A stretch of DNA of 64,000 bases from Pseudomonadota bacterium (GCA_049324415.1 JBMOOS010000042.1:93920-157919), one strand, 5' to 3'. Shown: positions 29,925 to 40,995, numbered from the stretch's first letter. The notes: generated from the sequence alone by a model not told the origin. Made by a program: numbers and translations.

Positions 29925-32207
29925 TCAGTCGGCGCTGCTTTCTTGCGCCCCGGCGGCGGCGACGGCGGCGATATTGAGAAGGCCGCGCGCGGTCACCGTC
30001 GGGGTCACGATATGCGCCGGCTTTGCCGTGCCCAGGAGAATGGGGCCAATGGGCAAGCCATCGCCCAACGCCTTCAAGAGCGAATAGGCGATGTTGGCGG
30101 CTTCCATGGTGGGCATGATGAGAAGATTGGCGGCGCCAGCGAGGCGGGAGTTGGGGAAAAGCTGGTGGCGCAAGGCGGGATCGATGGCGACTTCGCCCGA
30201 CATTTCCCCTTCCGCCTCCAACTCCGGCGCCGCGGCGTGCAGCATGCTGAGCGCCTCGCGCATCTTGTGCGCCGAAGGGGCTGGCGAGGCGCCGAAATCG
30301 GAATGGGACAAAAGGGCGACCTTGGGGCTGAGTCCGAAGTGGCGCACTTGCTTGGCGGCGAGCAATGTCGCCTGGACGATTTCCTGCGCCGTCGGGTCGG
30401 CGCCGACAAAGGTGTCGCACAGGAAAAAGCTGCCCTTGGGCATGATGAGGACCGAAAGGGCGGCGGCGGCCGTCACGCCGTCTTCAAGGCCGATGACGTC
30501 GAGCACGTGGCGCAAATGAAAATCATAGCGCCCATAGCTGCCGCAGATCATGGCGTCGGCCTCGCCGCGATAAAGGCTCAAGGCGGCGATGACGGTGGAA
30601 TTGGTGCGCACCACGGTGCGCGCCACTTCGGGCGAGACGCCGCGCCGCTCCATCAGCTTGTGGTAAGTCTGCCAATAGTCCCGGTAACGCTTGTCGCGCT
30701 CGGGGTTCACCACCTCGATCGCCTCCAGCATGTCGGGGGCAAGCGCCGCCTCCTCGGCGCGCCGGGCGATGACGGTGGGCCGGCCCACCAAAATCGGGCG
30801 GCCCAGCCCTTCGCTCAGCATGGCGCGGGCGGCGCGCAGCACCCGCACGTCTTCCCCTTCCGCGAACACCACCCGCCGGGCGGCGCGCTTGGCGCGCACG
30901 AAAACGGGGCCCATGAGGGCGCCGGAGCGGAAGACGAAGGTCGCGAGCTTGTCGCGATAGGCGGCAAAGTCGGTGATCGGCCGGGTGGCGACGCCGCTGT
31001 CCATCGCCGCCTTGGCGACCGCCGGGGCGATTTCCAGGATAAGCCGCGGATCGAGCGGCTTGGGCAGCAGATAATTGGCGCTAAGCTTTAAATATTCGTC
31101 CGGATAGGCACGGGCCACCACCTCGCTGGCTTCCGCTTCGGTAAGGCGGGTCAAGGCATCGACGCAGGCAATCTCCATCTCGCGGTTGATCGCGGTCGCG
31201 CCCACGTCTAGGGCGCCGCGAAAGATGAAGGGAAAGCACAGCACATTGTTGACCTGGTTGGGATAGTCCGAGCGCCCGGTGGCGATCATCGCGTCGGGCC
31301 GGGCGGCGCGCGCTAGTCCAGGGTCGATCTCCGGCTCGGGGTTGGCGAGGGCGAGGATGATCGGCTTGTCGGCCATTGCTTTAAGGTGCGCCGGGGTCAG
31401 CACATTGGGCGCCGAAAGCCCCAGGAACACGTCCGCCCCCGCGATCGCCTGCGCAAGGCTGCGCACCGTGCCGGTTGTCGCATAGCGCGCCTTATGGGGG
31501 TTCATCCCTTCCGCGCGGCCGTCATGGACCACGCCGTGGATGTCGATAAGAACGATGTTCTCGCGCTTGACGCCGAGATCGACGAGAAGATCAAGGCAGG
31601 CAATGCCGGCGGCGCCGCCGCCGGTGGACACCAGCTTGATGGCGTCAAACCGTCGTCCCGTCAGCTTCAAGGCCGCTTTCAACGCCGCCGCGGCGACGAT
31701 GGCGGTGCCGTGCTGATCGTCGTGGAAAACCGGGATCTTCATCCGCTGGCGCAAGGCGGCCTCGATGGCGAAGCAGTCCGGGCCCTTGATGTCCTCAAGA
31801 TTGATCGCGCCGAAGGAAGGCTCGAGGGCGGCGACGGCATCGCAAAAGCGTTCAATATCGGTCTCCGCCACTTCCAAATCGATGGCGTCGACCTGGGCGA
31901 ACTTCTTGAACAGGACCGCCTTTCCCTCCATCACCGGCTTGGCCGCCAGGGGCCCAATATCGCCCAGCCCGAGAACCGCAGTGCCGTTGGTCACCACGGC
32001 GACGAGATTGCCGCGCGCGGTAAGGCTTGCCGCTTCTTGCGGGTCGTCCTTGATGGCAAGGCAGGCGGCGGCGACGCCAGGGGAATAAGCCAGGCTCAAA
32101 TCGCGTTGGCTGGCCAAGGGCTTGGTGGGGGTGATGGCGATTTTACCCGCCACCCCCTCGCGATGATAGCGCAAGGCGGAGGCGTAAAGGTCTTCCTTGG
32201 CGGACAT
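29925..32207 (-). CDS. maeB: NADP-dependent malic enzyme with C-terminal phosphotransacetylase-like domain
   Basis: 760 aa. N-terminal malic-enzyme region (YSPGVA, GTAIV, GGGAAG) plus a PTA-like C-terminal half. Confidence 0.9.
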   Translation of the reverse strand: MSAKEDLYASALRYHREGVAGKIAITPTKPLASQRDLSLAYSPGVAAACLAIKDDPQEAASLTARGNLVAVVTNGTAVLGLGDIGPLAAKPVMEGKAVLFKKFAQVDAIDLEVAETDIERFCDAVAALEPSFGAINLEDIKGPDCFAIEAALRQRMKIPVFHDDQHGTAIVAAAALKAALKLTGRRFDAIKLVSTGGGAAGIACLDLLVDLGVKRENIVLIDIHGVVHDGRAEGMNPHKARYATTGTVRSLAQAIAGADVFLGLSAPNVLTPAHLKAMADKPIILALANPEPEIDPGLARAARPDAMIATGRSDYPNQVNNVLCFPFIFRGALDVGATAINREMEIACVDALTRLTEAEASEVVARAYPDEYLKLSANYLLPKPLDPRLILEIAPAVAKAAMDSGVATRPITDFAAYRDKLATFVFRSGALMGPVFVRAKRAARRVVFAEGEDVRVLRAARAMLSEGLGRPILVGRPTVIARRAEEAALAPDMLEAIEVVNPERDKRYRDYWQTYHKLMERRGVSPEVARTVVRTNSTVIAALSLYRGEADAMICGSYGRYDFHLRHVLDVIGLEDGVTAAAALSVLIMPKGSFFLCDTFVGADPTAQEIVQATLLAAKQVRHFGLSPKVALLSHSDFGASPAPSAHKMREALSMLHAAAPELEAEGEMSGEVAIDPALRHQLFPNSRLAGAANLLIMPTMEAANIAYSLLKALGDGLPIGPILLGTAKPAHIVTPTVTARGLLNIAAVAAAGAQESSAD

Positions 32208-32254
32208 GGTCGGCGGTCTTTCTCGTCTGTGCTCGGCCGTGCTGTGATAGCAGC

Positions 32255-33169
32255 CTATTCCTCTGGCGCAAGGGGCGGCGGGCGAAGCGGCCCTTTGAGG
32301 ATGCGCAAGGCAAGGGTGGGATTTTGCCGCTGGTCTGTCTTGAAGCGGGCGACGGTGAGCGGCCTGTGCGCTTGCCCGGCGGCGATGAGCACATGGCGCG
32401 GCTCGACCGCCTCACCGTCATCAGGCAGAAAAGCGAAGGTCGCGGTCTCGCCCGGCAGCAAGCCGGTGACCTGCAGGCGAACCGTCCGCCAAGCCTCCTC
32501 TTCGCCGGCGGGATCGACGGACAGGCGGTAGGACCAGGCGGGAACGGCGGCGTGCAGCGGCGCCATGCCGGGCGCGCTTAAGGCAAGGCGCAGGGCGCCA
32601 TCGCTTGCCACCAGCGGCTGGTCAAGGCTCATCAGGGCAACCTCGCTCCTTTGCACCGCGACCACGTCAAGGGCGCGTTCGTCGGCGCGCGCGGCAAAGC
32701 CCATGGGGTGGCGCAGCGCCGGTTCTTCCAGCGGCGCAGGCAAGGCAAAAGTTTCGACAAGGCGGCCGTTTTCCACATCGACCAAGCCATCGCGCGGCCA
32801 CAGCATGGCTGGCGGCGCCAGGTTGGGCGCTGGCGCGCGGGCAAGGTCGAGAACGCCGGCATCGCCCGTCACGCGCACCCGCGCCAGCGCTTCGGCGCCG
32901 GGGAGGATGAGGCGCAAGACCCCGTCCTGCGCCTTAACCTCGGCCTTCACCGCCTCCGGCGTCAGGCGGCGCCCATCCACTGCCAGCATGTCGATTTCCC
33001 GCAGGGCGCCGATGAAGCGCGCGGCGACCACGGTTTCTCCCGCGAGGCTGGTGAATTCAACCCGCAGCGAAGGGAAAGGGGTATGCGTTTGCGCCGCGCT
33101 GGGCGGCCCCCAGGCCATCCCCCCTATAGCCGCGCTCAAGATGAAAAGTCGCGCTATGCTTGGATCCAT
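32255..33169 (-). CDS. hypothetical secreted protein (304 aa)
   Basis: Signal-like N-terminus MDPSIARLFILSAAIGGMAWGPPSAA-Q and good GC3. No recognised motif. Confidence 0.6.
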   Translation of the reverse strand: MDPSIARLFILSAAIGGMAWGPPSAAQTHTPFPSLRVEFTSLAGETVVAARFIGALREIDMLAVDGRRLTPEAVKAEVKAQDGVLRLILPGAEALARVRVTGDAGVLDLARAPAPNLAPPAMLWPRDGLVDVENGRLVETFALPAPLEEPALRHPMGFAARADERALDVVAVQRSEVALMSLDQPLVASDGALRLALSAPGMAPLHAAVPAWSYRLSVDPAGEEEAWRTVRLQVTGLLPGETATFAFLPDDGEAVEPRHVLIAAGQAHRPLTVARFKTDQRQNPTLALRILKGPLRPPPLAPEE

Positions 33170-33231
33170 CGCCCCGCTCCCGACAGGATAGCTTAGAGCG
33201 TTTTCAGCAAAAATGTGAGCGGTTTTGGAGT

Positions 33232-33315
33232 TTGGAGTCGCACCACAGATTCAATAACTTAAGTGGTCCACTTTTCCCAAACGGATGGATTTATCCGTTT
33301 GGGGCGGACCACTAG
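33232..33315 (+). repeat. structured palindromic intergenic repeat, copy 1 (MITE/REP-like)
   Basis: 78 nt (33238..33315) match 43080..43157 with a single substitution. Nested hairpin AGTGGTCC..CCC AAACGGAT ggattt ATCCGTTT GGG..GGACCACT. Confidence 0.85.
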
Positions 33316-33375
33316 CATAATGGACGGTAAGGGTTTAGGGCCAGACTTTGCATCGTCAAGCGCCGCGGCGATCCG

Positions 33376-33852
33376 TCAGATATCCCCGGCGGGGGCGCGC
33401 CCGCCGATTTTGCGCAAAGTTCCGGAAAAATTGAGCACAGGCCGGCCCTCTTGCGTTGCCAGGGCGCGGATGAAGATGGTCTTGCCGGTTTCGTGCACCA
33501 CCTCGCCCAGGGCCTCGATGGGGATGTCGGGATAGCCAACGCCGAGAAATTCGAAATTGCAGGTCACCGTCACCGCATGGCTGGCGGCAAGGGACTGATA
33601 GGCGATGGCGAAAAGCGCCATGTCGGCGAACGACATGAGAAAGCCGCCGTGAAGAACGCCGCCATTATTGGTATGGGCGTGGCTGGTCGCCATGCGCGCC
33701 CGCACCCTGCCCTTTCCTTCCTCGCGCCACAGAATGGGGGGAAGGGCGGCTTGCGCGAAACGGCCTTCATGGCCTGGCGTTGCTTGCCAGCGCAGCCACC
33801 CCGCATCCGGGCCTTGGGTTATGGTGATGGGGGGCATGGCCCTCGACCTCAC
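33376..33852 (-). CDS. PaaI/hotdog-fold thioesterase
   Basis: NNGGVLHGGFLMSFADMALFAIA motif. The start may be ATG 33837. Confidence 0.75.
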   Translation of the reverse strand: MRSRAMPPITITQGPDAGWLRWQATPGHEGRFAQAALPPILWREEGKGRVRARMATSHAHTNNGGVLHGGFLMSFADMALFAIAYQSLAASHAVTVTCNFEFLGVGYPDIPIEALGEVVHETGKTIFIRALATQEGRPVLNFSGTLRKIGGRAPAGDI

Positions 33853-33865
33853 GAGCCGCTCAGCG

Positions 33866-34645
33866 CTATACCTGCCGCTCCAGCATCATCTTCTTGATCT
33901 CGGCGATCGCCTTGGCGGGGTTGAGGCCCTTGGGGCAAGCGTTGGCGCAGTTCATGATGGTGTGGCAGCGATAGAGCCGGAAGGGGTCTTCCAGCGCGTC
34001 GAGCCGCTCGCCGGTCATTTCATCGCGGCTGTCCACCAGCCAGCGATAGGCCTGTAAGAGGACCGCCGGACCAAGATATCTATCGCCGTTCCACCAATAG
34101 GAGGGACAGGAGGTGGAGCAGCAGGCGCACAAAATGCATTCATAGAGCCCGTCGAGCTTTTCCCGGTCCTCGCGCGACTGCAAGCGCTCCTTGGTGGGCG
34201 CCGGGGTTTGCGTCTGCATCCAGGGCTTGATGGCGGCGTATTGGGCATAGAAACGGGTGAAATCGGGGACGAGATCCTTGACCACCTCCATATGCGGCAA
34301 GGGGGTGATTTTCACCGTCCCCTTCACATCCTCGATCGCCGTGGTGCAGGCAAGACCGTTCACCCCGTCGATATTCATCGAGCAGGAGCCGCACACCCCC
34401 TCCCGGCAGGAGCGGCGGAAGGTGAGGGTGGGATCGATCTCGTTCTTGATCTTGATGAGGGCATCAAGAACCATCGGCCCGCAACTGTCCATGTCGACAT
34501 GGTAAGTGTCCATGCGGGGGTTCTCGCCATCCTCCGGGTTCCAGCGATAGATCTGGAAAGCGCGGGTGTTCTTGGCCTCTGGCGGCGCCGGGTGGTCCTT
34601 GCCGCGTTTGACTTTGGAGTTGGCGGGCAACGTGAATTTAGCCAT
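33866..34645 (-). CDS. sdhB: succinate dehydrogenase iron-sulfur subunit
   Basis: Cys clusters [28 protein letters not shown] and [14 protein letters not shown]. Confidence 0.97.
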   Translation of the reverse strand: MAKFTLPANSKVKRGKDHPAPPEAKNTRAFQIYRWNPEDGENPRMDTYHVDMDSCGPMVLDALIKIKNEIDPTLTFRRSCREGVCGSCSMNIDGVNGLACTTAIEDVKGTVKITPLPHMEVVKDLVPDFTRFYAQYAAIKPWMQTQTPAPTKERLQSREDREKLDGLYECILCACCSTSCPSYWWNGDRYLGPAVLLQAYRWLVDSRDEMTGERLDALEDPFRLYRCHTIMNCANACPKGLNPAKAIAEIKKMMLERQV

Positions 34646-34672
34646 GTGTCGAACCTTCTTTGCTCCCGTGCG

Positions 34673-36475
34673 TCAATAAACCCGCGCCTTGGGTTTGATA
34701 TAATCAATTTCCCGCGTCAGCGTGAAATCATGCACCGGGCGATAATCGAGGGTAACGGCGCCGTCCGAAAACCAGGCAAGGCTGTGTTTCATCCAGTCGG
34801 CATCGTTGCGCTCGGGATGATCTTCCCGCTTGTGGGCGCCGCGGCTTTCGGTGCGCGCCGCCGCGCCATGGATGGTGACCATGGCCTGGGCGATGAGGTT
34901 GTCGAGCTCGAGGGTTTCAACAAGGTCGGTGTTCCAGATCAACGAGCGGTCGGTGACGCCGATATCCGCCATCGAGGCATAGATATCGGCCATCTTGGCC
35001 TTGCCTTCGTCAAGGCTTTCCTGGGTGCGGAAGACGGCGCAATCGGCTTGCATGGTCTTTTGCATCCGCAACCTTATTTGCGCCGTCGGCGTTGCGCCCT
35101 TGGCGTGGCGCAATCTGTCAAACCGGCTAAGCGCCCTATCCGCATGGTCGGCGGGAAGGGGGGCATGGGGTTCGCCAGGTGTCACCATCTTAGCTACCCG
35201 CTTGGCCGCCGCCCGCCCGAAGACCACAAGGTCGATCAACGAATTGGAGCCCAGCCGATTGGCGCCGTGCACCGACACGCAGGCCGCTTCGCCAACCGCG
35301 AACAAACCCGGCACCACGGCGTCGGGGTCGCCGTCCTTCAAGGTCAAGGCCTCGCCATGATAGTTGGTCGGGATGCCGCCCATATTATAGTGCGCGGTCG
35401 GCACCACCGGCACCGGTTGCTTGCGCAAGTCGACGCCAGCGAAAATCTTGGCGGTCTCGGTGATGCCCGGAAGCCGCTCGGCGAGGATGGCGGGGTCGAT
35501 ATGATCGAGGTGCAGATGGATATGGTCCTTTTCCGGCCCGACGCCGCGCCCCTCGCGGATTTCCTGGGCCATGGCGCGGGAGACCACGTCGCGGCTGGCA
35601 AGATCCTTGGCCGAGGGGGCATAGCGCTCCATGAAGCGCTCGCCCTGGGCGTTGGTGAGATAACCGCCCTCGCCGCGGGCGCCTTCGGTGATGAGCACCC
35701 CAGCGCCATAAACGCCAGTGGGATGGAACTGGACGAACTCCATGTCCTGAAGGGGCAGGCCGGCGCGCAGCACCATGCCGCCGCCATCGCCAGTGCAGGT
35801 ATGGGCGGAGGTGGCGGAAAAATAAGTCCGGCCGTAGCCGCCGGTGGCCAGCACCACCGCCTTGGCGCGGAAGCGGTGGATGGTGCCGTCCTCAAGGCAC
35901 CAAGCGATGACGCCGCGGCATTCGCCGTTCGCCATGATGAGGTCGATGGCGAAATACTCGATGAAGAAATCGGCGTCGTGTTTCAAGGACTGCTGGTAAA
36001 GCGCGTGCAGCATGGCATGGCCGGTGCGGTCGGCGGCGGCGCAGGTGCGCTGGGCGGCGGGCCCTTCCCCGAAGTCGGTGGTCATGCCGCCGAAGGCGCG
36101 CTGATAGATCTTGCCTTCCTCGGTGCGTGAGAAAGGCACGCCATAATGCTCGAGCTCATAGACCGCGGCGGGCGCCTCGCGGCACATATATTCGATGGCG
36201 TCCTGGTCGCCGAGCCAGTCGGAGCCCTTGACCGTGTCGTACATGTGCCATTGCCAGCGGTCCTCCCCCATATTGCCGAGCGCGGCGGCGATGCCGCCTT
36301 GCGCGGCGACGGTGTGGGAGCGGGTGGGAAACACCTTGGTGATGCAGGCGGTCTTGAGCCCGGCCTCGGCAAGGCCCATGGTGGCGCGCAAGCCCGAGCC
36401 GCCGGCGCCGACGACCACGGCGTCATAGAGATGATCGATGATGGGATAAGCAGCGGCCACGGGCTCAGCCTCCAA
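34673..36475 (-). CDS. sdhA: succinate dehydrogenase flavoprotein subunit
   Basis: [12 protein letters not shown] dinucleotide fold and [10 protein letters not shown] (covalent FAD His), 600 aa. Confidence 0.97.
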   Translation of the reverse strand: MEAEPVAAAYPIIDHLYDAVVVGAGGSGLRATMGLAEAGLKTACITKVFPTRSHTVAAQGGIAAALGNMGEDRWQWHMYDTVKGSDWLGDQDAIEYMCREAPAAVYELEHYGVPFSRTEEGKIYQRAFGGMTTDFGEGPAAQRTCAAADRTGHAMLHALYQQSLKHDADFFIEYFAIDLIMANGECRGVIAWCLEDGTIHRFRAKAVVLATGGYGRTYFSATSAHTCTGDGGGMVLRAGLPLQDMEFVQFHPTGVYGAGVLITEGARGEGGYLTNAQGERFMERYAPSAKDLASRDVVSRAMAQEIREGRGVGPEKDHIHLHLDHIDPAILAERLPGITETAKIFAGVDLRKQPVPVVPTAHYNMGGIPTNYHGEALTLKDGDPDAVVPGLFAVGEAACVSVHGANRLGSNSLIDLVVFGRAAAKRVAKMVTPGEPHAPLPADHADRALSRFDRLRHAKGATPTAQIRLRMQKTMQADCAVFRTQESLDEGKAKMADIYASMADIGVTDRSLIWNTDLVETLELDNLIAQAMVTIHGAAARTESRGAHKREDHPERNDADWMKHSLAWFSDGAVTLDYRPVHDFTLTREIDYIKPKARVY

Positions 36476-36845
36476 ATGCGATGCGTAAAACGGAAAAGAT
36501 GCAGGCAGCGCCCAAGGCGATGCTCAGGAAGGTGACGAAGAGAAGGGCGGCGATCTTGGCCCCCTCGCCATGCACATAATCCTCGATCACCACCTGCAGG
36601 CCAAGCCGGACATGATAGAAGAGATTGGTGATGAAAAGAATGAGCAGGATGGCGCTCACCGGCTCGCTGATCCAGGCCACCACCACGTCATGCTCGGCGG
36701 GGGCCAAGGCAATGACCGCGCTCGCGAACCAGATGGCGAGCGGCACCATGGCGATTGCCGTCACCCGTTGCATCCACCAGTGATGGGTGCCGGCCTTGGC
36801 GGAGCCGAGTCCCCGCACCTGGCTTAAGGCGCTACGCAGGCTCAT
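36465..36845 (-). CDS. sdhD: succinate dehydrogenase membrane anchor subunit
   Basis: Position in the sdhCDAB operon, three hydrophobic helices and [10 protein letters not shown]. Start at ATG 36845. Confidence 0.85.
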   Translation of the reverse strand: MSLRSALSQVRGLGSAKAGTHHWWMQRVTAIAMVPLAIWFASAVIALAPAEHDVVVAWISEPVSAILLILFITNLFYHVRLGLQVVIEDYVHGEGAKIAALLFVTFLSIALGAACIFSVLRIAFGG

Positions 36846-36892
36846 GGGCGTTCCTTTCTTTAATTGAGGTGCCTTGCCATCCTTCAAGAACC

Positions 36893-37294
36893 CTAAATGA
36901 GGCCATAGCCCGCAAGCCAGGCAAACAGGGTCAGTGTCGTCGACGCGATGAGCGTGGCGACCGCCGAGCGCCGGTTGCCGACGATTTCATAGCCGGCGCC
37001 GGTGTCGAGATAAAGATGGCGCAGGCCGCTGGCGAGGTGCTGGAAGAAGGCAAAGCTGAGACCGAAGAGGATGAACCGGCCTAGGGGGGAAGCGAGAAAG
37101 CCGTGAAACTGCGCATAGGCCGTCGCGCCGCTCGCCGTCGCGACCAGCCCCCAGGCAAGAAACAGGGTGCCGACGGCGAGGCCAAAACCGGTCAGGCGGT
37201 GGAGGATGGAGACCAGCATGTGCGGCCCCCAGCGATAGACGGTGAGATGCGGTGACAGCGGGCGCTTGCCCGGAGCGGCCGGTTTTTCCTGCAT
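36893..37294 (-). CDS. sdhC: succinate dehydrogenase cytochrome b556 subunit
   Basis: RPLSPHLTVYRW motif and three TM helices. Start at ATG 37294 (MQEKPAAPGKRPLSPHL). Confidence 0.9.
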   Translation of the reverse strand: MQEKPAAPGKRPLSPHLTVYRWGPHMLVSILHRLTGFGLAVGTLFLAWGLVATASGATAYAQFHGFLASPLGRFILFGLSFAFFQHLASGLRHLYLDTGAGYEIVGNRRSAVATLIASTTLTLFAWLAGYGLI

Positions 37295-37579
37295 GGCGTT
37301 TGTTCCTCTTGCCTTATTCCTCTTGCCCGCGGGCCTTGCCCTGGGGGCGCCGCCGCGCGCCCCGGCCAGGCCGTCATGATCTTGCGCTGCACTATTGCGC
37401 CAATCACCGGCGCAATCAACTCCGCTCATGGTCTGCCCCCAGGCTGGGCCCAAATTTATTCGAATGGCACCATTTGGCGATTTTTAGCGGAACTCCCCGC
37501 CGTTGTGTGGTGGCGACTTCCACTCGGCCGCGACGCACGATATGGTTGCAGAAAATCAAGGGACTAAAGGGGGCGGAAA

Positions 37580-39580
37580 GTGCGGCGGCATATTCTCGCT
37601 ATTTTGCTGATCGGCGGCGCAATAATTACAGCTTCTGGCGGTGCGGGGGCGCAAACGCAGGCGCCGCCGCGCCTTGACATCGCGCTTTTCGCGCGGCTGC
37701 CCACCATGTCGCAGCTCCAAATCTCGCCGCAAGGCACGTATTTTTCCTGGGTGACCCAGCATAACGGCCGCAAGCATGTGGTCATCAAGCCGCGGGATCC
37801 AGCGCGGGGGCAAGCCCTCGCCATTCCGCCTGGCGAGGCAGCGGAGATCCAATGGACCCAATGGGCCAATGACGATTATCTTTTGATTTCCTATGGCTAT
37901 GACAGCCAGAGAATAGAGTTTCGCCGCGAGCGGGCGCGCGAGACCCGGCTTGTCTCGGTCGAGGCGGCGACGGGAAAAGTCGTCAACATCGTAAAGCCGA
38001 AAGCCACCAATCGCATAGGCAGCAGGCTGCAAAAAAACGAAATACAAGCCCAGTACCAAGACAGCGTGGTCGACTGGTTGCCCGACGAGCCCAACCATAT
38101 CTTGCTGGAATTAAACGAAGATCAGGACTTCGCCAGCGGTTTTGTCATTCGCAAGATCGATATAAGGTCAGGGCAATATAACATCGTTGCAAGCCGGCGC
38201 TGGGTCAATTCCTGGATGGTCGATCGCAGCCATCAACCCCGCCTGGGCCTGGGCCTCATCCTGGTGGGGGATCAACAAAAGAAATACATGGCCTATCGGA
38301 ACCCCGGCACCGGCGATTGGGTGGAGCGCAAGGGCGAGGACGTGCCCATGGTCACCTTGCTCGATTTTTTCGCGGACCCGCGCTATGCCTATGCCTGGGG
38401 AAGCTCCGAAGAAGGGCGGCAAGGCATCCTTAAATACGACTTGGTCGCGGAGCGGCTGGTGGAATGGGTCTATATTCACCCCGAATATGACGTGGAGGAT
38501 GTTCTTCTCGATCCCATAGACGGGAGGGTGATCGGCGCCCAGTATATCGCGGACAGGCCGACCAATGTCTATTTCGACGATAAGCTGCAACAAAGGCAGC
38601 AGGTCCTTGATAGGGCGCTTGTCAGCTACTCCAACGACATCGTCAGCAGCACGCGGGATGGAAAGCTGCATATTGTTCTTGTCTCCAGCGATGTCGAGCC
38701 CGGCATATTCCTGCTGTACGACGAGCCGGGCCGGCAGTTGACCGAGCTGGGCGCCGTCCGGGAAAAAATCCTGCCCGAGCATTTAAGCCCGATGACCGAT
38801 GTCACCTACAAGGCACGCGATGGGCTTGAGATCCACGCTTTCCTGACCGTGCCCAAGGGGCGGGAGGCGAGGAATCTTCCCACCGTCATCCTCCCCCATG
38901 GCGGACCCTGGGCGCGGGACTATAAGCGCTTCGATTATCTGGTGCAGTTCCTTGCCAATCGCGGCTATGCGGTGTTGCAGCCCAACTTCCGCGGCTCCAC
39001 CGGCTATGGCGCGGCGTTCAAGGATGCCGGCCACAAGCAATGGGGAGGGGCCATGCAGGACGATGTAACCGATGGCACGCAGTGGCTGATCGACCAGGGC
39101 ATCGCCGATCCGCGGCGCATCTGCATCGTGGGCGCTTCCTATGGCGGCTATGCCGCCCTGATGGGGGCGGTGAAGACCCCGGATTTGTTCCGCTGCGCCG
39201 TCAGCCTCAATGGGGTTTCCGACCTTTTCGACCTGATTGCCGACGATCGGCGGACGATCGGCCTGCGCGATTGGATCGCCATGATCGGCGATACGCGCGA
39301 GGACAGGGAAAGCCTTGAACAAAATTCACCCGCCCGGCAAGCGGACAAAATCAAGGTGCCGGTTCTTTTGTTCCACGCCAAGGATGATACCCGCGTCGAT
39401 GTCGAGCAGGCGCGCAACATGGCGCGCGCGCTTAAAAAGCGGAACAAGCCGGTGACGCTCGTCGAGGTGGAGGAGGGCGACCACAGCCTGGAAATCGAAT
39501 CAGCGCGGCTTGCCTTTCTCAAGGCTCTGGAAGCGTTTCTGGAGGACAATCTCGGCCCCGAAACGGCTTTGCCGGGCTAA
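37580..39580 (+). CDS. S9-family serine peptidase (prolyl oligopeptidase/DPP type), secreted
   Basis: Signal peptide, N-terminal beta-propeller-length region, GASYGGYAA (GxSxGG), and later D and H (EGDHSL). Confidence 0.85.
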   Translation: MRRHILAILLIGGAIITASGGAGAQTQAPPRLDIALFARLPTMSQLQISPQGTYFSWVTQHNGRKHVVIKPRDPARGQALAIPPGEAAEIQWTQWANDDYLLISYGYDSQRIEFRRERARETRLVSVEAATGKVVNIVKPKATNRIGSRLQKNEIQAQYQDSVVDWLPDEPNHILLELNEDQDFASGFVIRKIDIRSGQYNIVASRRWVNSWMVDRSHQPRLGLGLILVGDQQKKYMAYRNPGTGDWVERKGEDVPMVTLLDFFADPRYAYAWGSSEEGRQGILKYDLVAERLVEWVYIHPEYDVEDVLLDPIDGRVIGAQYIADRPTNVYFDDKLQQRQQVLDRALVSYSNDIVSSTRDGKLHIVLVSSDVEPGIFLLYDEPGRQLTELGAVREKILPEHLSPMTDVTYKARDGLEIHAFLTVPKGREARNLPTVILPHGGPWARDYKRFDYLVQFLANRGYAVLQPNFRGSTGYGAAFKDAGHKQWGGAMQDDVTDGTQWLIDQGIADPRRICIVGASYGGYAALMGAVKTPDLFRCAVSLNGVSDLFDLIADDRRTIGLRDWIAMIGDTREDRESLEQNSPARQADKIKVPVLLFHAKDDTRVDVEQARNMARALKKRNKPVTLVEVEEGDHSLEIESARLAFLKALEAFLEDNLGPETALPG

Positions 39581-39594
39581 GCTTAAAGTGCCTG

Positions 39595-40443
39595 TTATTC
39601 CGCGGCCAGGGGTTTGGACGCCGAAGACTCGGTGGTTCTCGCTGGGCGCTCGACGAGGCGCATCAAGCCCGCAAGGATGACGACGACGGCGCCATAGGTG
39701 ATGGCTTGCAGCCCCGAGGGACGCTCCATATAGCCGATGAGGGTGTGCAGGATCTGGCCAAGCCAGCCTTGCTCGTCAAGCAGCCAGCTTGAGTCCCACA
39801 GGGCGCCGCCCAGTGCGGGGAGAAGGCCGGCCTGGGCCAGATAGCGCGCGGCCTGGGCGGCGAGCCCCGCGGCAAGGAGCACGATCAGCCAGTTGGTGAC
39901 GGTGAAGAAATGGCGCAAGGGGATGCGCACCAGGCCGAAATAGAGCACAAGGCCCACCGCCACCCCGGCGCCAAGGCCAGCAAGGCCGCCCGCCGCCATC
40001 GCCGGCGCGCCGGCAGCGCCCGCCGCGGCAAGGCCGTAAAGAAAGAGCACCACTTCCGAGCCTTCGCGCAAAACCGCAAGGGCGACGACGGCGCTGAGAG
40101 CGGTGAGCGGCCGTTCGCCCGCGGTGACGCCGGCGCCAAGCTCTCGCATCTGGCCGGCAAGGGCGCGGCCGTGACGGCCCATCCACACCACGTGCCAGGA
40201 CAGCATGGCGACCGCGAGGAGGAGAACGCCGGCGTTGAAAATCTCCTGCCCCGCGCCGGCCGCCGCGCCGGCGATGGCATCGGCGAGCAAAGCGACCAAA
40301 ACAGAGCCGGCAACGCCCGCAAGAATACCGGCGCCAACCCAGCGGGCGCGGGTGGCGACTCCGCGCGTCGCGGCCAGCACGATGGTGACGATGAGCGCGG
40401 CTTCGAGAACCTCGCGGAAAACGATGAGCGCGGTGGCTTCCAC
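39595..40443 (-). CDS. FTR1-family high-affinity iron permease
   Basis: REVLEAA (RExxE) in the first helix, a second LREGSEV motif and 7 hydrophobic segments. GTG 40443 is preceded by AGGGAGG; the ORF track starts at 40512. Confidence 0.8.
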   Translation of the reverse strand: MEATALIVFREVLEAALIVTIVLAATRGVATRARWVGAGILAGVAGSVLVALLADAIAGAAAGAGQEIFNAGVLLLAVAMLSWHVVWMGRHGRALAGQMRELGAGVTAGERPLTALSAVVALAVLREGSEVVLFLYGLAAAGAAGAPAMAAGGLAGLGAGVAVGLVLYFGLVRIPLRHFFTVTNWLIVLLAAGLAAQAARYLAQAGLLPALGGALWDSSWLLDEQGWLGQILHTLIGYMERPSGLQAITYGAVVVILAGLMRLVERPARTTESSASKPLAAE

Positions 40444-40575
40444 CGGAACCTCCCTAGAGCATTTTCCAACCAAGCGGACCCCGGTTGGTTGTAGAAAATG
40501 CGATAAGAACAAAGACCTGGAGCAAAACGGCGATTCTGATAAAACGCATTTTGCTCTAGGGTCCGCTGGGCAAGG

Positions 40576-40941
40576 CTATTCGACGATCAGCCGGCCTTGC
40601 GCGGTATCGGGGTTGAATTCGCCGAAAAAGCCGTAGGTGCCGGCTTCCAACGGCCCGACATAGAGCGTTGCTTCCTTACCGCCATTGATGATTTTTTCCA
40701 AATCAAGGTCGTGGCTTTCGAACTCCTCCGCCGTTGCGTCGCTGTTGCGCACGATGAGCTTGAGCCGCTTGCCGGCCGGGGCGGTGACGTCCGCCGGCTC
40801 GAATCTATGGTCGCGAAGGGTGATGGTGACTTCCGCCTCGGCCTCTGGCGCCGCGCTGCAAGCGGCGAGGGTGAAAGCCCCGATGAGGGCCAAACCGCCG
40901 AGCCGCCACGCCAAGCCGCTTCTTCCATGCCGTCGCGTCAT
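40576..40941 (-). CDS. cupredoxin-like periplasmic lipoprotein (FtrB-like partner of FTR1)
   Basis: Lipobox FTLAAC. Single beta-sandwich-length domain with ...RFEPADVTAPAGKRLKLIVRNSD...TYGFFGEF. Lies upstream of the FTR1 permease. Confidence 0.6.
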   Translation of the reverse strand: MTRRHGRSGLAWRLGGLALIGAFTLAACSAAPEAEAEVTITLRDHRFEPADVTAPAGKRLKLIVRNSDATAEEFESHDLDLEKIINGGKEATLYVGPLEAGTYGFFGEFNPDTAQGRLIVE

Positions 40942-40995
40942 GCCGTCATTCTCCCGCCATTCGTCATCGTTGAAATAAGCTCTTGAGGCGTTTTT

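Noticed and set aside
37376-37567. 63-codon ORF in the sdhC / S9-peptidase divergent spacer.
   Set aside because: It has no RBS, poor codon bias and no recognisable features. It is likely promoter DNA.
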